In this document: positions 1 through 13,448 of the stretch, piece after piece | How the letters are laid out: every line of letters starts with the position of its first letter | Position numbering within the stretch: position 1 is the first letter of the stretch | Made by a program: the position numbers and the translations under genes | The notes under the pieces: model-generated | What the model saw: only the letters and a program-made list of their open reading frames with translations | Databases searched by the model: none | Told to the model about the DNA's origin: nothing | Source of the DNA: Marsupella aquatica | Taxonomy: Eukaryota > Plantae > Marchantiophyta | NCBI GenBank assembly: GCA_973895155.1 | Contig: OZ316897.1 | Location: 20,153,224-20,217,223, forward strand | Length of the DNA: 64,000 nt | Direction: 5' to 3'

Positions 1-35
1 CAGTGAAAGACTGGCAAACTCTAAATTCAACTTAC

Positions 36-3000
36 TCGTCATTATCACTGTGCCGGTTTGTCGGTGCGTCTTCTTCATCGTCACCCAAAGCATCTGCAAT
101 GTTAATTTTTTTCCTGTTTTGAGAGGACCCACCTGCCTCTTTCCGCATGGAGTGTATCATATAATCAGCAGTAATGTGGTGACATTCTGACCGTGTCTTC
201 CAGAACAGAATGTCTACAAACAAAATTGGGTGCGCCTCCAGCTTCTTGAAGAGCCGGCGTACCACTTTGCTGACAAAACCAATGACATATCTGTGATCCT
301 GTGCTGATTGCAGCTGCTCATTGGAGAGAATACCGTAGAATGTCTGGAGAATCGAGATCTGCAGAGGCAACATGCTTGTTTTACGTCATGTGTACTATTA
401 TCCCGCACAATAAGTTATAGTTTGACTATTTTGATACTATGGCTTAATTGCCTCGAAAAAATATCGAAACAACAATATGACTGTTTATACAATTTTGTGC
501 TACAGATAAAATCAAGTTTTCCACTAGCAGTGTGTACGTATAATAAGAAACAATCTACAGGCTGAGAAATAATTTCAATACCTTCCTCGGCTCCTGAGGA
601 AAAACTTTGAATGATAATCATCAGCAGAAACCGACCAAAAACGTACTATGAATAAAGGGGCTGATTAGTAGTTGGGACCTGATACAGCATGGGCTCGAGA
701 TGGCAGTCTTCACAGATGCGTTGCAGCATGCGCACAATGTAGTGGTTGGTTGCAGCCCTGTTGGTTGAGTGGAACTTCAAAAGCCAACAGTAGTTTTTAA
801 CAACGAAGTTGTTTGCAAACTTATCCACAACTTTTCGGATGTTTAAGGTCACCTCCTTCGTCCTATTCTGCTTCCCGCCATCTGAATCATCACCGTCGTC
901 ATCAGCAGCTGCAGCAGCAGCATCGACTGGAGTATGAATTGTTTCATCTTCTTCGTCCTGCTGCTGAGAGCCAGCGGCACTTTTTATTGGCAGATCCATC
1001 TCAGACTGGTCACCCGTATGTTCATCACTGTCTGCCACATATTCTGCGATTCCTTCCTCAGCTAACCTCTCTGGCTCTACATTTGAATGTTGAGATATTA
1101 TATCAGCGCGCTTGGGGGAATGGGGAATATCTGCGTCACTTTTCGAGGCTTGCTCATCTGCTTTAGCCTCCGTGGCATCCTCTTCTGCTCCTTCGGGTTG
1201 GGATTGTTCAGAGGGCTTTGGTTTCTTTTTCCAACCTCCTCTTACTTTGGTCAAAACCTAAAAAGAAAATCACAGCTCAATTCATCTAATAGTCATCATA
1301 AGGTCAGCTGATGATATATTTGTGGAAAATTCTAACGAAAATAAATCTAGGGGCACTTTAATGCAGAACAGCCCAAAGAAGTGGCGCAAAAATCAGCCAA
1401 GATTAATACTAGAATAGATTAGAGAATTGCTCTGAAGAGTGGCTTACCCGAAGAGACTCCCCGGACTTGGCGAAACTATCAAGGATGCGGAGGACGATGT
1501 GCGTGATCTCCACTAGATCGGCCAAGTGACTGCAATCAGTCATCACCAGCTCATAATTTGCTTCTCTGAAAACAACTCTACCTCATATGGGACTCGAAGC
1601 TTAAGTCTGTCCATGAGCTAAGTGTCTTTAACAAGACGGTCGTGCCCTCGCTTTTGGATCACAAACCAGACTTAAAGTTCAGGACTATACCTCCGGGGGT
1701 GCTTGGAGGTGTCAAACGACCTGATCAGCGAATTCAGGAAGTCGAGAACGTCAAAGTCAGACTGGTTGTAGAAAATTTGATATAGTAGGGTGCGTGCCGT
1801 GCGACGTTCCTGCTGCCCTTCTCTTGTGAGACTGCCCGACCTTTTAAGGACAAGATCCAGCATTTTTATCTGCGTAGTTGCTCCGTCATCAGAATCACAT
1901 TAATGAACATTGAGACGACCTTAGCTGTAACTGAAAGCCTCCTCAGCACACGTTGAGTTCCTTAGTTGTCTCATGAACCTTACGATCACTAATCGTAGAA
2001 GTAGGAAACAATGTGTTTCATCATGACCAGTAACATGATTCGTGCTCCTGACTATCCATAACCTGAAACAACGGACGCTAAAAAGGGAAATCCTCTGAAA
2101 GTGGGTTTCTATGCTCTGGTGAGACGAATTGAGTGTGGATGATACAATCTTTGAAGGCTATAAAAACAACCTTTGAAGGGTACTGAAGGCACAAAAAAAA
2201 TCCTATACGTTAAAGGCTTCTCGTTTCCTGAGTATGATACTCTTGACAAAATCAGCTGCTACCGAAAGCCTAGGAACGATCTATCAGGCACATGCGGCGC
2301 AAACTCTTTACTCACCATGTCCTTTATAACACCCCCTGCAGCTCCCAAGGGTTTCCAATCTTTGGTTTCCGCTGCAGAATCTGCAAACTGTTGCCATTTT
2401 GAAGTCACCATCGTGAACATAGCTTCGTCCATAGTTGAGGCGATCAGGCCACAAAGATGCTTTCGTGCTGCTGCTTCCTTCTCTGCTCCATCCACAGAGC
2501 CATCATTTGATTTGACCTGGTGCTTCTTCACAGACATAAGAACAGCAATTTCAATAAATGCTCACCATGTTTACATAATCACACTCATAACGCATAGGTT
2601 TCATTTCTACGAAGGCAAAAACAAAGCTCGAAAGACAGTTATACTCGAGATGTGGCATGATCTGCCAATTGACATTGTGAAGAGCTCACACATTCAAAGA
2701 CCTTGCTGTTGTGGAATTCAGCCACAAGCTGCAATGACAGGCCCTAAACTTGTTCCAGTTTAATCACACTTCAAACAGCTGGGAAGTAGTCCTTCCTTTC
2801 AGTTACTGAAATCATGACACGAAAACCTTGGACATTGCTAGGACCGAACCCCTGGAATGTAAGGTCTTCAGAATGGACCCAAACAGAAGGCTGGAATTGA
2901 GCGTCAGTCGTTTACGCTGAGACTATCATCCAGGATACGGCGACAGGGAAGGCTTATTCCACGACCATTTCAATGCCACTGGAGAATTGACTTAAAAATT

Positions 3001-5486
3001 CATCGTTCGCGGGTTACCTGATCCCTCTGGGCCGTGCAGCACTGATAGGAAGTGAAGAATTGTGCAACTTGAAAGAATGCCACAATGTCGGGAGTTTCAA
3101 GACCTTGTCGCTCTCTTCGAATGTCTTCTTTGACAGACTGCATCAAGACTGATAGAACGCACTGTCAACGACGACCTCTAGAATACAGGAAACTTCAAAA
3201 TACCATTGAGGCAAATGGGAAAGGTATATTTAAAAAGACAAACATGCCTAATAGTGTTCCTGAACTCAGATTCTTGAAAGGGGAGCTGTAAAATGAATTC
3301 ATGCTATCCTGAAACAGCTGAAACCACCACTAGTACTTACTATTGTAACCACTGGCCAGAAACTGATCCGCAAAGTCTTTGAGAAGTACGTAGATCTGAT
3401 CAGAACACTGAAAAACAGGATATGGATCTTGAACAATCCGCTTGATGACCCCTCTCTTCACTTGAGGCTTTCTTCTAAGATTCTCCAAAGGCGATTGATG
3501 TGGGTTTCTAGTCAACATTGTCTTGGATCCATCCTGTTCCAGGGGAAAGTGTGAGTACTAGATTGATTTGTCAGCCGGTACAAGGAAGCCAAATTTTCCC
3601 ATAGTCATAGAAAAGGGTAGCAGGATTTTCAGTCGCGTACCCGGGCAACTTGGACAAACATTCCGGTGAACGGAGAACTTCCTTTCCTGAGTCTTTTGAG
3701 TTGCTCTCTTTCTGACTGCAACACTGCCCGTAGAGTTGCAGCCGACTTCTCAGACTGCTTCGCTACCTGCACACTTCAAAAATCCAGAGGAGGTGAAGTA
3801 AGACCCAAGATGCCAAAAATGCAACAATCCAGAAAGGCCGATCGTTTTAAAGACTGGATTAGGTATTAAAATGTGACAGCAATCAAAGTCAAACCTTGCC
3901 AGCACTGGGGACAACCGCAGCAACTTGATCAGCATCCTGACCCCAGAAAACCTGCTGGATAATTTCTAGTATCAGTAGGTTGTCTTGTCTAAGCCCTCCA
4001 TGGCCTGCAACATGCTGCATCAGGACCACCACCAGCTCTATCGCACTTTCATTGAACAAACGCTCCAGCATCTGGTCTCTCAAGTTTGACATTTGGGGAG
4101 AAGATGGGCCGTGTTGTGGTAAACAGTCAGGGACTTTTAAGACGTTCCGCAACAGCGTAAGGAAGAGTTGGAATAACTTCCAATCATCATCCTTAGGGCA
4201 TCCACTGCAGAATGAAAGCGAATTCCAAGGTAAAATTCAGTGAGATTCAATGTAACACAAAAACGACAAAAGAAACCAAAAATATTAGTACCACACTTGC
4301 CATGACCCACCTTTCCAAGTTCTGAAGAGGCTCCTCCAAATGAGATACGATGACTGCAATTGCATCACCTTCCACAATTGCTGCTTTGAAATGCTGCAAG
4401 TATTCCACTTGCTTCGACACTTGGTGAGATGTTGGTTCCACCGGCATAGTAAGAAAGACGAGAATCTTCACTGTAAAACCCATTCAGGAACGATTGATGT
4501 GAACTATTTCTTCATTACTCATAATGAAGAATAAGTAACATTCTCTGTTTTTTATCAGAGATGAATCTCCCTTCATACGGTACATATTAACAGTAAAATC
4601 GACAAGTAACCATTCATGATGACGACTGGAACGTATGTACATGTAGAGTTCCAAAGAGAAAAGAGGCTAAAACATACTTCTGCCCATCCTCCACGATGGC
4701 AAACAGGACTTGCATTTGATCAAAATGACATTATCTACCAAGGGTGAGTGAAGCAGGTCACACGCAATGTCACGAACCGCAATTGAGAACAATTTCGAAG
4801 TCATCACTGTAGCGCTTGATAAGTGGAACCAAATCTTGCCGGACTACATTCCACTTCCCGAGCTCGAGAAAGACATCTCGGGTCTCTGGGTGGTCTCGCC
4901 GCAGATACCGCTGCAAATCTCTTAAACTTTCTGTTTCACAACCAGCCTCGGGTCTATAAGCACCTTATCTATGGTCTCACTTCGGCAATTCAAACAATTC
5001 AGACTAAGCTTCTTCGAAGACCTACTGTCGAAAGAACTACTGGGACCGGGAAAACGTTTTAGATCCGCTTTGGTGAAATTACTGAACTTTCATCAGACGC
5101 AAAGAGCAGGATCTCCGGCTCCCAACACAACAGACAATTATAATCCCGAGGGGGGTGCTCCAGGTGTCAAAGCATGTCCAGTAAGGAATGTCAGTTAGGG
5201 AAAATTTCAAAACGTTAGCAATTGGGCAAGCATGTAAAGGCTTCCCTTAAATCTCCCAATCATAAAATGCAGAGAACACCACGAAGGCAGCCTGGGTGCG
5301 ATGCTACAAGGAACTCCCAGAAGGACTCGTTCCTGGATGGACAACGGAATACACGACGCAGACAATGAGCTCAGAGGATAAATACCCAGGCAGTCAGGGC
5401 TCTTCACATAGCGTTCGTTTCCATCATCATCGGCTTCAAGGCCTCCTATACTTGCACAGACAAATGCTAAACCGCTGTCGGCCATC
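36..5486 (-). CDS. TIM: Timeless/TIM1 (Tof1/Swi1) replication-fork protection protein; 5' part, continues beyond window start
   Basis: 12 GT-AG coding exons: 5486-5386, 4930-4778, 4470-4311, 4204-3895, 3766-3641, 3533-3341, 3148-3018, ~2525/2516-2316, 1869-1691, 1529-1448, 1257-679, 358-36. Spliced N-terminus MADSGLAFVCASIG..DCLESLRDLQRYLRRD..VFLELGKWNVVRQDLVP..VKILVFLTMP, and later NHYIVRMLQRICED..LEPMLYQISIL..LFVDILFWK, match the Timeless domains. Probable 5'UTR intron 5602-5516. Confidence 0.93.
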
Positions 5487-6869
5487 TCGTCGTCAGCACC
5501 AAGGCGGGCTTGCACCTATCCAATGTACTCTTCCTCCAAGTCAAGATCGGCCCGACCACCCAGCCAGAAGGCTTCACAACTAGAGCAAACTTCCACACTT
5601 ACTTTGAAAGGGATCCCAAGAGAAAAACGAGGACTTCTCTGTGCAATTCCCGAGCGAGGTAAGGTCTCTCCCTAACAAAGTCCTGTCCATCCGTCCGTCC
5701 GCAGGGCCCTCGTCAGAAGCGAGAAATCACACGGGACAGGGAACGAAACCGGGTTTCATGCTTCATTGAATTTTTGTCAGTTGCTACTTAGACAATGAGT
5801 AACCGCGAGTCCCGATTGCTGCAGATACATTCAAGAGAACTGCAGGAGCCATCATTGAAGAAACTTTCGTGCGTCAATTTCAAAGATCATCGGATGGTCG
5901 AAAAGCCCGTGCACAGACAGAGACAGTGTGTGTACAGCTAACATGTCTGTGCTGAGTTCTCTGCAAAATGCTTAATCCTAGTGTAGTAACGGACGAAACC
6001 CAGACAGAGTGTGAGTAGATCGAGCTAAGATTGCTTTGCGAGAGCTTGAATGAGAGAATTGCTTCGACCTGATTGCAAACGAGCCCTTCGTCGGTATTCC
6101 ATTTTGTTTCGCGGCCTTCCTCAGTTTGTAAATCTCCCGCGCTTTCGCATCCTGTGGCTCGTACGAGAAATTGTTTCGTTGTGGGGTAAGGTTCCATGAG
6201 GCCCTCGATTCAACCCCTCACATTCTCCCAAATCTCTGTTTGTATATTATTAAAGGGCACGAGCCCGAATGCCCATTCTTTGCATGTTAATAATTAGTAG
6301 TGATGCTTCATTTTGACATACATATATACATATATGTGATTGTTTCCATCTAGAAATTTTGGTGGGGCCCTAGAGTCATGGTCTAGAGTCTTCAGACTAG
6401 AATCTAAACATGAACTCTAGCTTCTCTTTGCAATTTATTAGTAAGATTATGTGGTATTATATTATGCTCGCACAACAAGTTAACGTATATATACCCTTTG
6501 ATTCCCATATACTTTGATTCCCTTAGTGATTTTTATCTTTCTTCTTTGATGAATGGGCATTATTATTGGAGAAAAATGCAGAGACAAGATTTGGATTAAC
6601 TAACTATAAAGATTCTCCTTTACTTTCTACTAAAATGAGTAAAATGAAAAATCTCTAAGGCCTTTCAATGTATTAAGGTTCTGTTACTAGAGCCTTATGG
6701 GCAAAAAGAAACTAACCCCTCAAAACTCAAGCTAAAGTACTTGTATCAATGAGATAATAATATATACTTAATATTTCAAAGATTTTAGAAATCTTCTTAC
6801 TTGAAGAAAAATCTTAATTTCATATAAGTTCAGATTTTACTTTTTCTTTCCAAGAGGCAAGTAGAGGAC

Positions 6870-8850
6870 AGATCTTAAAATGGCAGTGCACTTGTGTGAT
6901 AGACATTGTCTTCCAAAAAGGTCAAAAATATACAAAAGCAACAAAATATTGAAGGGATTGAGCTGTATAGTAAAGTCATACTTACAAAGTAATTATATCT
7001 GTGACCCCGTCCTTGCTAATGACCCCTCTTACTCAACAAGAGGAAATTCAAGGCAAACTACAAGTCCAACTGATCCACCTTTGCAACACCAACACGCGAG
7101 GATCAACTAAAGGTCTAATGATTGTTCTAGAGCCTTCACTAGACAAGTTCTTCACCAATGTTGTGAATCTTGAGTAACATGACTGAATGCTTCACAATTT
7201 GATACATTTTATTGAAACACAGAGAAGAATAATAATAAATTACAACAAAGGAGAAGCAAGTCCTAACAGAAAATATGCATTCCTAAGAGAAAATAGGCAT
7301 TTGCGGCTTGTCAATTTTAAGATGTTAAGTGATAGCAAGTGGCACAAGTAGAAGCACAACTATCTATCAAATCACTTAAAGAATCTAAACTCTTGCTGAA
7401 AAGTTGATCAAAGATGTTAAAGTATCTTTTATCTTGAGATTTATTATCAGAGAGGGACAATAGAAGAGCATTTGTAGAAACAAAAAGATGTTTGATCCGT
7501 ATTTTTTTGTATTGCAAACCTTGTGTCGTTGAGGGTTCAGTTCAATGTGCGGAGCAAGCATACCAGATTAAGCTAATGTCTTTGGTCAATTCTTCTAGGC
7601 AAGCTTAACAATTAAATCAAAAGACTATCCCTACCACTTGTCCAAGAGAGTTCAAGAAATTACGGATATAATATGAGAAGGTTGAAACCACCAAAAACAT
7701 TTAAGATCTATAGAATTGAGACTCCAATTTTATCTGCAATAACATGGCTAGTCATTCTCTATAAAAATCAGTGTTAACGCAATTTTTACTCCTCAGCCCA
7801 TGTGCCCATATTTCAAGAGAATAATTAATGTTAAAGGAGAATTTGCATAATGACTTAATCTGTGCTTTGTTGTAAAGAAAATTCTTCTAACCATTCTTGT
7901 CAAGCTATTACAAAAACCAACATAAGTCACAAAGCTACACCACTATATACACTGTTTGGACAAAAAATATACCTAGTGTTTTAAAAGCGTTGCTCCGTAT
8001 GCTGACTGTATGGATGCTACCAAGGCTTTCACATTGCTGGTTGGGCTGCTCAAAATATGTACTCATCTAATTTTTACTTTTTTTATCTACTTATTGTCCA
8101 ATTGCAATTATGACTATTGATTCTACTTTAATTTTGTCATATTTGTCAGCTAACTAGTGCTTACTTCATGGAGATCAAATCCTAGACTCATCTCCTATAT
8201 TTACTCCAACAATTGGTGGACCAATTATTTTATCCCACCTAAAGTTAGTAGGAAGAGGTGTTGCTTCTCCTGGCACCATTGCACTTGATCCTAATAGATT
8301 TGGCTCCTAAGCCTCTTAGAGGGACTTCTCTTGTCGTTGGGAACCAAATCTAGAAATACTCTTCTATTTTGCATCATCAAGTTTCTTGACTCACTTTGGC
8401 TTGAGTATGATTATTCTCTATGTCACTAATGAAAATTTTTGATTTTGCATTTCTTGTGGTATCATGACACGAACAAAACTCTTTATTGGTGACACCAAAA
8501 TACCTATGCATATAATCACACATAATGTTCTCTTCTAAAAATCATATTAGTCTAGCATCTAGGGGCATTGAGTTCTAAGCAGAAGATAATAATATGTATA
8601 TTCTATTGTAAGTATTTCATACTAAATTAGGTATATTTTTAGTTACACCTTTAAATTTATGAGTTGACATGTAAAAATTATTATTATACAAAAATGCTAT
8701 TATGATAAAAAAATTAAGTTTGATATTAATTGTCAATTAGATATAAAGTTATCATGTAAAATCTAAATATCTATCTTAGAATGAGATAAATTATATACAT
8801 AAAATCTTGGTCTAATGATCATAGATGTGAAATACAAAATATGTTTTTTA
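6870..8850. repeat. AT-rich block that is the counterpart of local dispersed duplications
   Basis: 6870-7533 and 8240-8850 align by eye to 16511-17140 and 17150-17765. 7380-7592 also recurs at 9892-10071. Confidence 0.8.
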
Positions 8851-9891
8851 TAGTGTTTTTTAACTAAAGCTTGTATTACAACATGTTTGAAGTAAATTAG
8901 AGTTATTGCTTACAATAAAAAAACAAAAATTAAAAAAATCCAAGATATGAGTATTCCTATTTATATTTCTAAAATATAAATATTTTCATTAGGTTAGGGA
9001 TGGTATGTGCTCTAATCCACACTAAGTTAACTCCCCAAGTACAATTCTTGCAATCTTAAAAGTGAAGTCAACATTATCTACAAATTTACATTTAGGTAGA
9101 TATTATTTGAGGACAATACTTGATAATCTTTTGTAAATTAATCCAAGGTGTCCAGAATTCCAAACATTTAAATTGGATACTATTCAAGTTTTAAACTTAC
9201 AAAATAATTATAAAGTTACTTAATTGAATGTATTTTTTGGTTTGAATGCCTTGTTTAATTAATAAAAAACCAAACAAGTTATTTCCAATGCCATTCAGGT
9301 CATATTTAATTAGTCTCTTTCAACCATGTCTACTTCTGCTGCCCTCGCGATGAACAAATTGTGAATGCTCTGATCTTGTAGCAGCTTCAAAGGTTTTGAA
9401 TTCCCCACCAAATTTCCCCACCTAATGTTCCCAGGCCACTCAGTGTAGCGGAACGGTGGGAGTGCTCTGAGTTCCAAAATTATAAAAATGGAGGGTGTCG
9501 CAAGGTGAGCACTACACTTTGCCATAAATCTATACCTCAAAGTCAAATAGCGCTAGAGAATTTTTTCATTCAAAATGCAAGAAAACAATAATGCCAAAGT
9601 GAGAGACATGGTTCCGATGCAATGCAACCCAATAAAGGGAAGGGGAAAAGGTCGCAAGAAGAAAAAGGGAGCCAAACCAAGGAAAAAGTCTCCCCCAACA
9701 ACCAAGTAACAAAAACCCCTAGAACCCACTAACACTAGCACAGGGAAGCCCAAATGACAAACCTCCTAGTGGGCGGCAAACCCTGGTACAGCTCCAAAGT
9801 AAACAAGTAGGGTTTTTTTGGGTCATGTAGCAAAATGAGAAAATCAATGGTATGATGATATGATTGTAAAGTTGGTCTCCTCTAACTCTAA

Positions 9892-10071
9892 AAAATCTAA
9901 ACTCTTGTTGAAAAGTTGTCAAAGATGTTGAAGTGTCTTTTATCTTGAGATTATCTTTTATCTTGTCAAAGAGGGACAATAGAAGCAAACCTTGTATCAT
10001 TGAGTCTCCACAGTTCAGTTCAATGTGCGGAGCAAGCATACTTGATTAAGCTAATGTCTTTGGTCAATTCT
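9892..10071. repeat. Third partial copy of the 7380-7592 segment
   Basis: Shares aatctaaactcttg.tgaaaagttg..aaagatgtt..gttcagttcaatgtgcggagcaagcatac..gattaagctaatgtctttggtcaattct with 7380-7592. Confidence 0.8.
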
Positions 10072-11487
10072 CGTCCCTTCATCAGTCATGTTACCTCCGC
10101 GTGGTTGTGTCTGTTGGTAGTGGTGGTGGTGTTCATCAATTATTTTACAATCCATCCTCGTGGACCACGGGAAGGTAAGCCATCGTAATCAATTGGGTTA
10201 TACCGATTGGCTAATGGTTCCCTCTGGTGTTGAGAGAAAGCAAGTGGAGTTGACGTCAACAAAGGATTCCCCAGTACAAATTTCAAAGGAGTTGTTTTCT
10301 AGCAGGCAGGGAACTTACAAGACTGGAGATAGGCTCTTCAGTTGCAGAGGTATCACGGATTAGTTCGCTAATGTATTTCAAATCACTGGGAACTCAATGC
10401 GTTTCTTGTGTAGGGCAGTAATTCATCCAGATGTTCTTTTCTACTATTCCGACACAAGAAAATGATTCTCTAACTTGATTGCGTGCATTCGCGTGGCGCG
10501 TCATTGTGATGGTCATTCCAACAAGAGCAATCAGCTATATTATGTATCAACCAAGCTCAGATTAAAAGCTATCAGTTTTATGCTAGTGCAGCAAAAGTGC
10601 CCTCCATTCGCCAAGAATTCGACAGTAAATTGACAAGAGTTGGCTTTAGCTTCATGAATATGTTTAGCCATGCCTTGAGTACTCTCAACAGGCAAGGCCG
10701 ATCAATTGACTCGTTGGCGGCAGTTGACGAGGGACAGAATTCCTAACAAGGGTTTAGACAATCACGGGCAATTTGCACAGCTATTGAGGCAGAGCATTGA
10801 TCTGGGCAAGCATTGATCTGCAATGCCAAAGAATGAGTGTAGCTCACTCCAAGAATAAACATGCAATCAATCTAGCAGGCTCTCTTGCATAGGTCATCCA
10901 TGGTTGCACGTATAGCTCATTAACACATTAATTTTTGTCCATCATTGAAGGCCACCATCGGTCAAAACCAACAACCCACATCCTCAGGTTCCGTATGCAT
11001 TCTACGTTGAGTACAAGACAAATCGCTCTTACAGACTGCACTATTCTTTGACGAGAGTCTAAATGTAAACAAGATTTTAAACGGGCTACTAACAGATTTG
11101 ACATATGATGAGCCTTCTCCCCCAAAATTCACTAGTACACATCTGTCATCTTTCGCAGCATGGATCGACCCTAGCTCGCGAAGAGAATTATACTTGCTAA
11201 AGTCGTGAAGCGGTTTCCTAGCTTATAATATTCCAACAAAGAAATTGCAAGAGCACATTTCGAAGCGAGCTCTAGATTTAATGTCTTTTTCTTTCCCCAA
11301 AGAAACCCTGATACAGGAGACCTTCCGACTCACAGCTTAGTTCGGAGCAAGAAGAAATGTATTTTCGGTGCTCACATTAGCGTTTGAGCATCCACAAGTG
11401 ATAGATCTGAGCACTTCATCAACCTCCGAAAGCTGGGACATGGACGTGACAATTGGAAACTAAACGATGGCGCAGGTTGGTACTTAC

Positions 11488-11830
11488 CTTCGGTCCATTG
11501 CAAGTTCAGCCAATTGAGGTGGTCCACATACACTTCGAAAGGGCCAAAGCTACTATCACTTAAGTTCCCAAAGTAGAACATTGCGCGTAAGAGATAAGTT
11601 GACCCAGTCTGCACAGGCAACGAATAGCAGTTTCTGCTGCGTGTACTATCGAAATAGTTGAGCGTCGCTGCTTGATATCGGTTCACAGTTCACGAGGGAG
11701 TCACTATTAATTTTGACCTGGGTATTTACATTCTTTCCCACTGTCTTGCTGTAAGCAGCATCGATCTCCCAATAGATCCCAGTGTTATCTATGTAGGGTA
11801 CATCACTTCCATTGTCAATACTCAGGAATC
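11488..11830 (-). pseudogene. Malectin-like domain exon (LRR-I type receptor-kinase ectodomain), frameshifted and apparently orphan
   Basis: Exon bounded by AG and GTAAGT reads GFLSIDNGSDVPYIDNTGIYWEIDAAY..[frameshift]..ATLNYFDSTRSRNCYSLPVQTGSTYLLRAMFYFGN, the typical GFLSIDCG..NCY.L....YLLRA.F.YGN pattern. A 7-bp duplication at 11681-11693 shifts the frame. No LRR or kinase exons were recognised nearby. Confidence 0.8.
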
Positions 11831-13448
11831 CTGCATAGAACGACAGAATTAAATGTATATCAAATTCTCATTGATGTGCAAAGAGAGCCCCTGGCATTTA
11901 CAGTATTTCATGAAGCTCTACGGGTGTTTGTGCACAACTATGATATCCATTTTTGGGTCATGTGTACATATGCAGGAATTAAAGCCAATGGAGCGTGTGA
12001 CGTGGTTATCGCCTTAGTTTCCGATCATATTTTTTCATGTGCAGAAATATAAAGCAAGGGGAGGCTGTGACTTCCTGAGGAAATTCGAACTAAACCTTAG
12101 CTAGTTATAATAATTTTATGGGTACTTATTTCTGTACACGTTCTTTTTCATAGCAAGCCATTCCTTAGTATCTGGCAAAAGCAGCAGCGAACAGGCTTCG
12201 AAGATCATTGACAAAACACTGCCGCAATGGGCATGACCACCTTCTGAGAGTTCTATTCTCGCATAAAGCTCTTCGCATATGTCATTTGTTCCCGTACAAG
12301 TACAAGTCTTACTAAATGATATGGCTCCTCTCTCGCTAGGATGCTCTAATAGAATTTTCACATAACTTGTCCACCATCAATTGCCTTCTCAACCCTTCAT
12401 GAGAACCAATGCGCCAGGTGGATCCAATTATGCATCCTCAAACCGATACGCCTGGTGGATCCGATTATGCGTCATCCTGAAATAAAGCATGGTGCAGTGG
12501 ACTTGGAGGATCTTGAGCCACAGACAGCTAGATATGCGCAGCTAGATGTGCGGAAGAAAAACACGACATCTGCACCTGCAGAGCCTGTATCCCAAGTACT
12601 TTGATTGAACGCCAGTATTCTAGCTTTATGCTCAATCGAGGTTTCTTGTGTTGTTCACTCAAAGTCGGGAATAACAGAAGTCGGGAATAACAGCAATATA
12701 TACCATGCCCACGTCTACATATGCAGCGTCGGACAAATGTGTGCTCGGGTATGTGCGCTTAATTAGTTGAGATCAACTCTCTACCAAAGTACCTTGTGGA
12801 TGGAGAAAACTCACCTTGTTGGCTTTCAACAGTAGAGATGCAAACAATACAAATGACCAGCAGAAACCAGAGCCAACGTGGGCAACTTCCTCCATCGAGG
12901 ATCTCCATGATCACCATACAATCCTGCCTCACGACGCGGGGCTATATATTGATCCAATCGACCAAGTCTCTCATCTCGCCTTAGTCTCCATTGATTCAAT
13001 CCTGCTGTTCTACAGGGGTTCTACAAAGTCTGCGATTGAGACGACGTCTTTCCAAACAGGCAGTGCCAACTGCTATGTCTTAAACTGACTCAGGACGATG
13101 TTCAGCCAAGCAAACCTGCTTTGGTCTATCTACTAGTTCCAGGCTCACACTTTCTATCAGCAGACTATCCAACCCGCATCCATAATTCAAACTGCAATCC
13201 AATCTTGACGCTCTGAAAGCAACTTTTCTTTTGTTGGTTGCAAGTTGCGGGAGCAAATCAGTGATCAGCAGCACACTATCCATAACCGTATCGAAAGTTA
13301 TTCAAACTGGAATCCAATCTTCGAGATCTAGGTGCTCTTCTTTTTTCTAAACAAACTTTGCAAGTTGCAGAGCAGAGACGTCTTTAGACTCTTTACTCTA
13401 CTAGCTCGGTCTTGGCACAAATTCACAGATGAAAGAGTTGCTTCCATT

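Noticed and set aside
6880-8600. Decayed transposase in the duplicated AT-rich block
   Set aside because: Many stops in all frames and no motif I can assign to a family.
12817-13071. Solo LTR (TGTTGGC...GCCAAC, internal TATA)
   Set aside because: Ends in CT rather than CA, and the flanking 5-mers (cacct/gctat) do not form a TSD.
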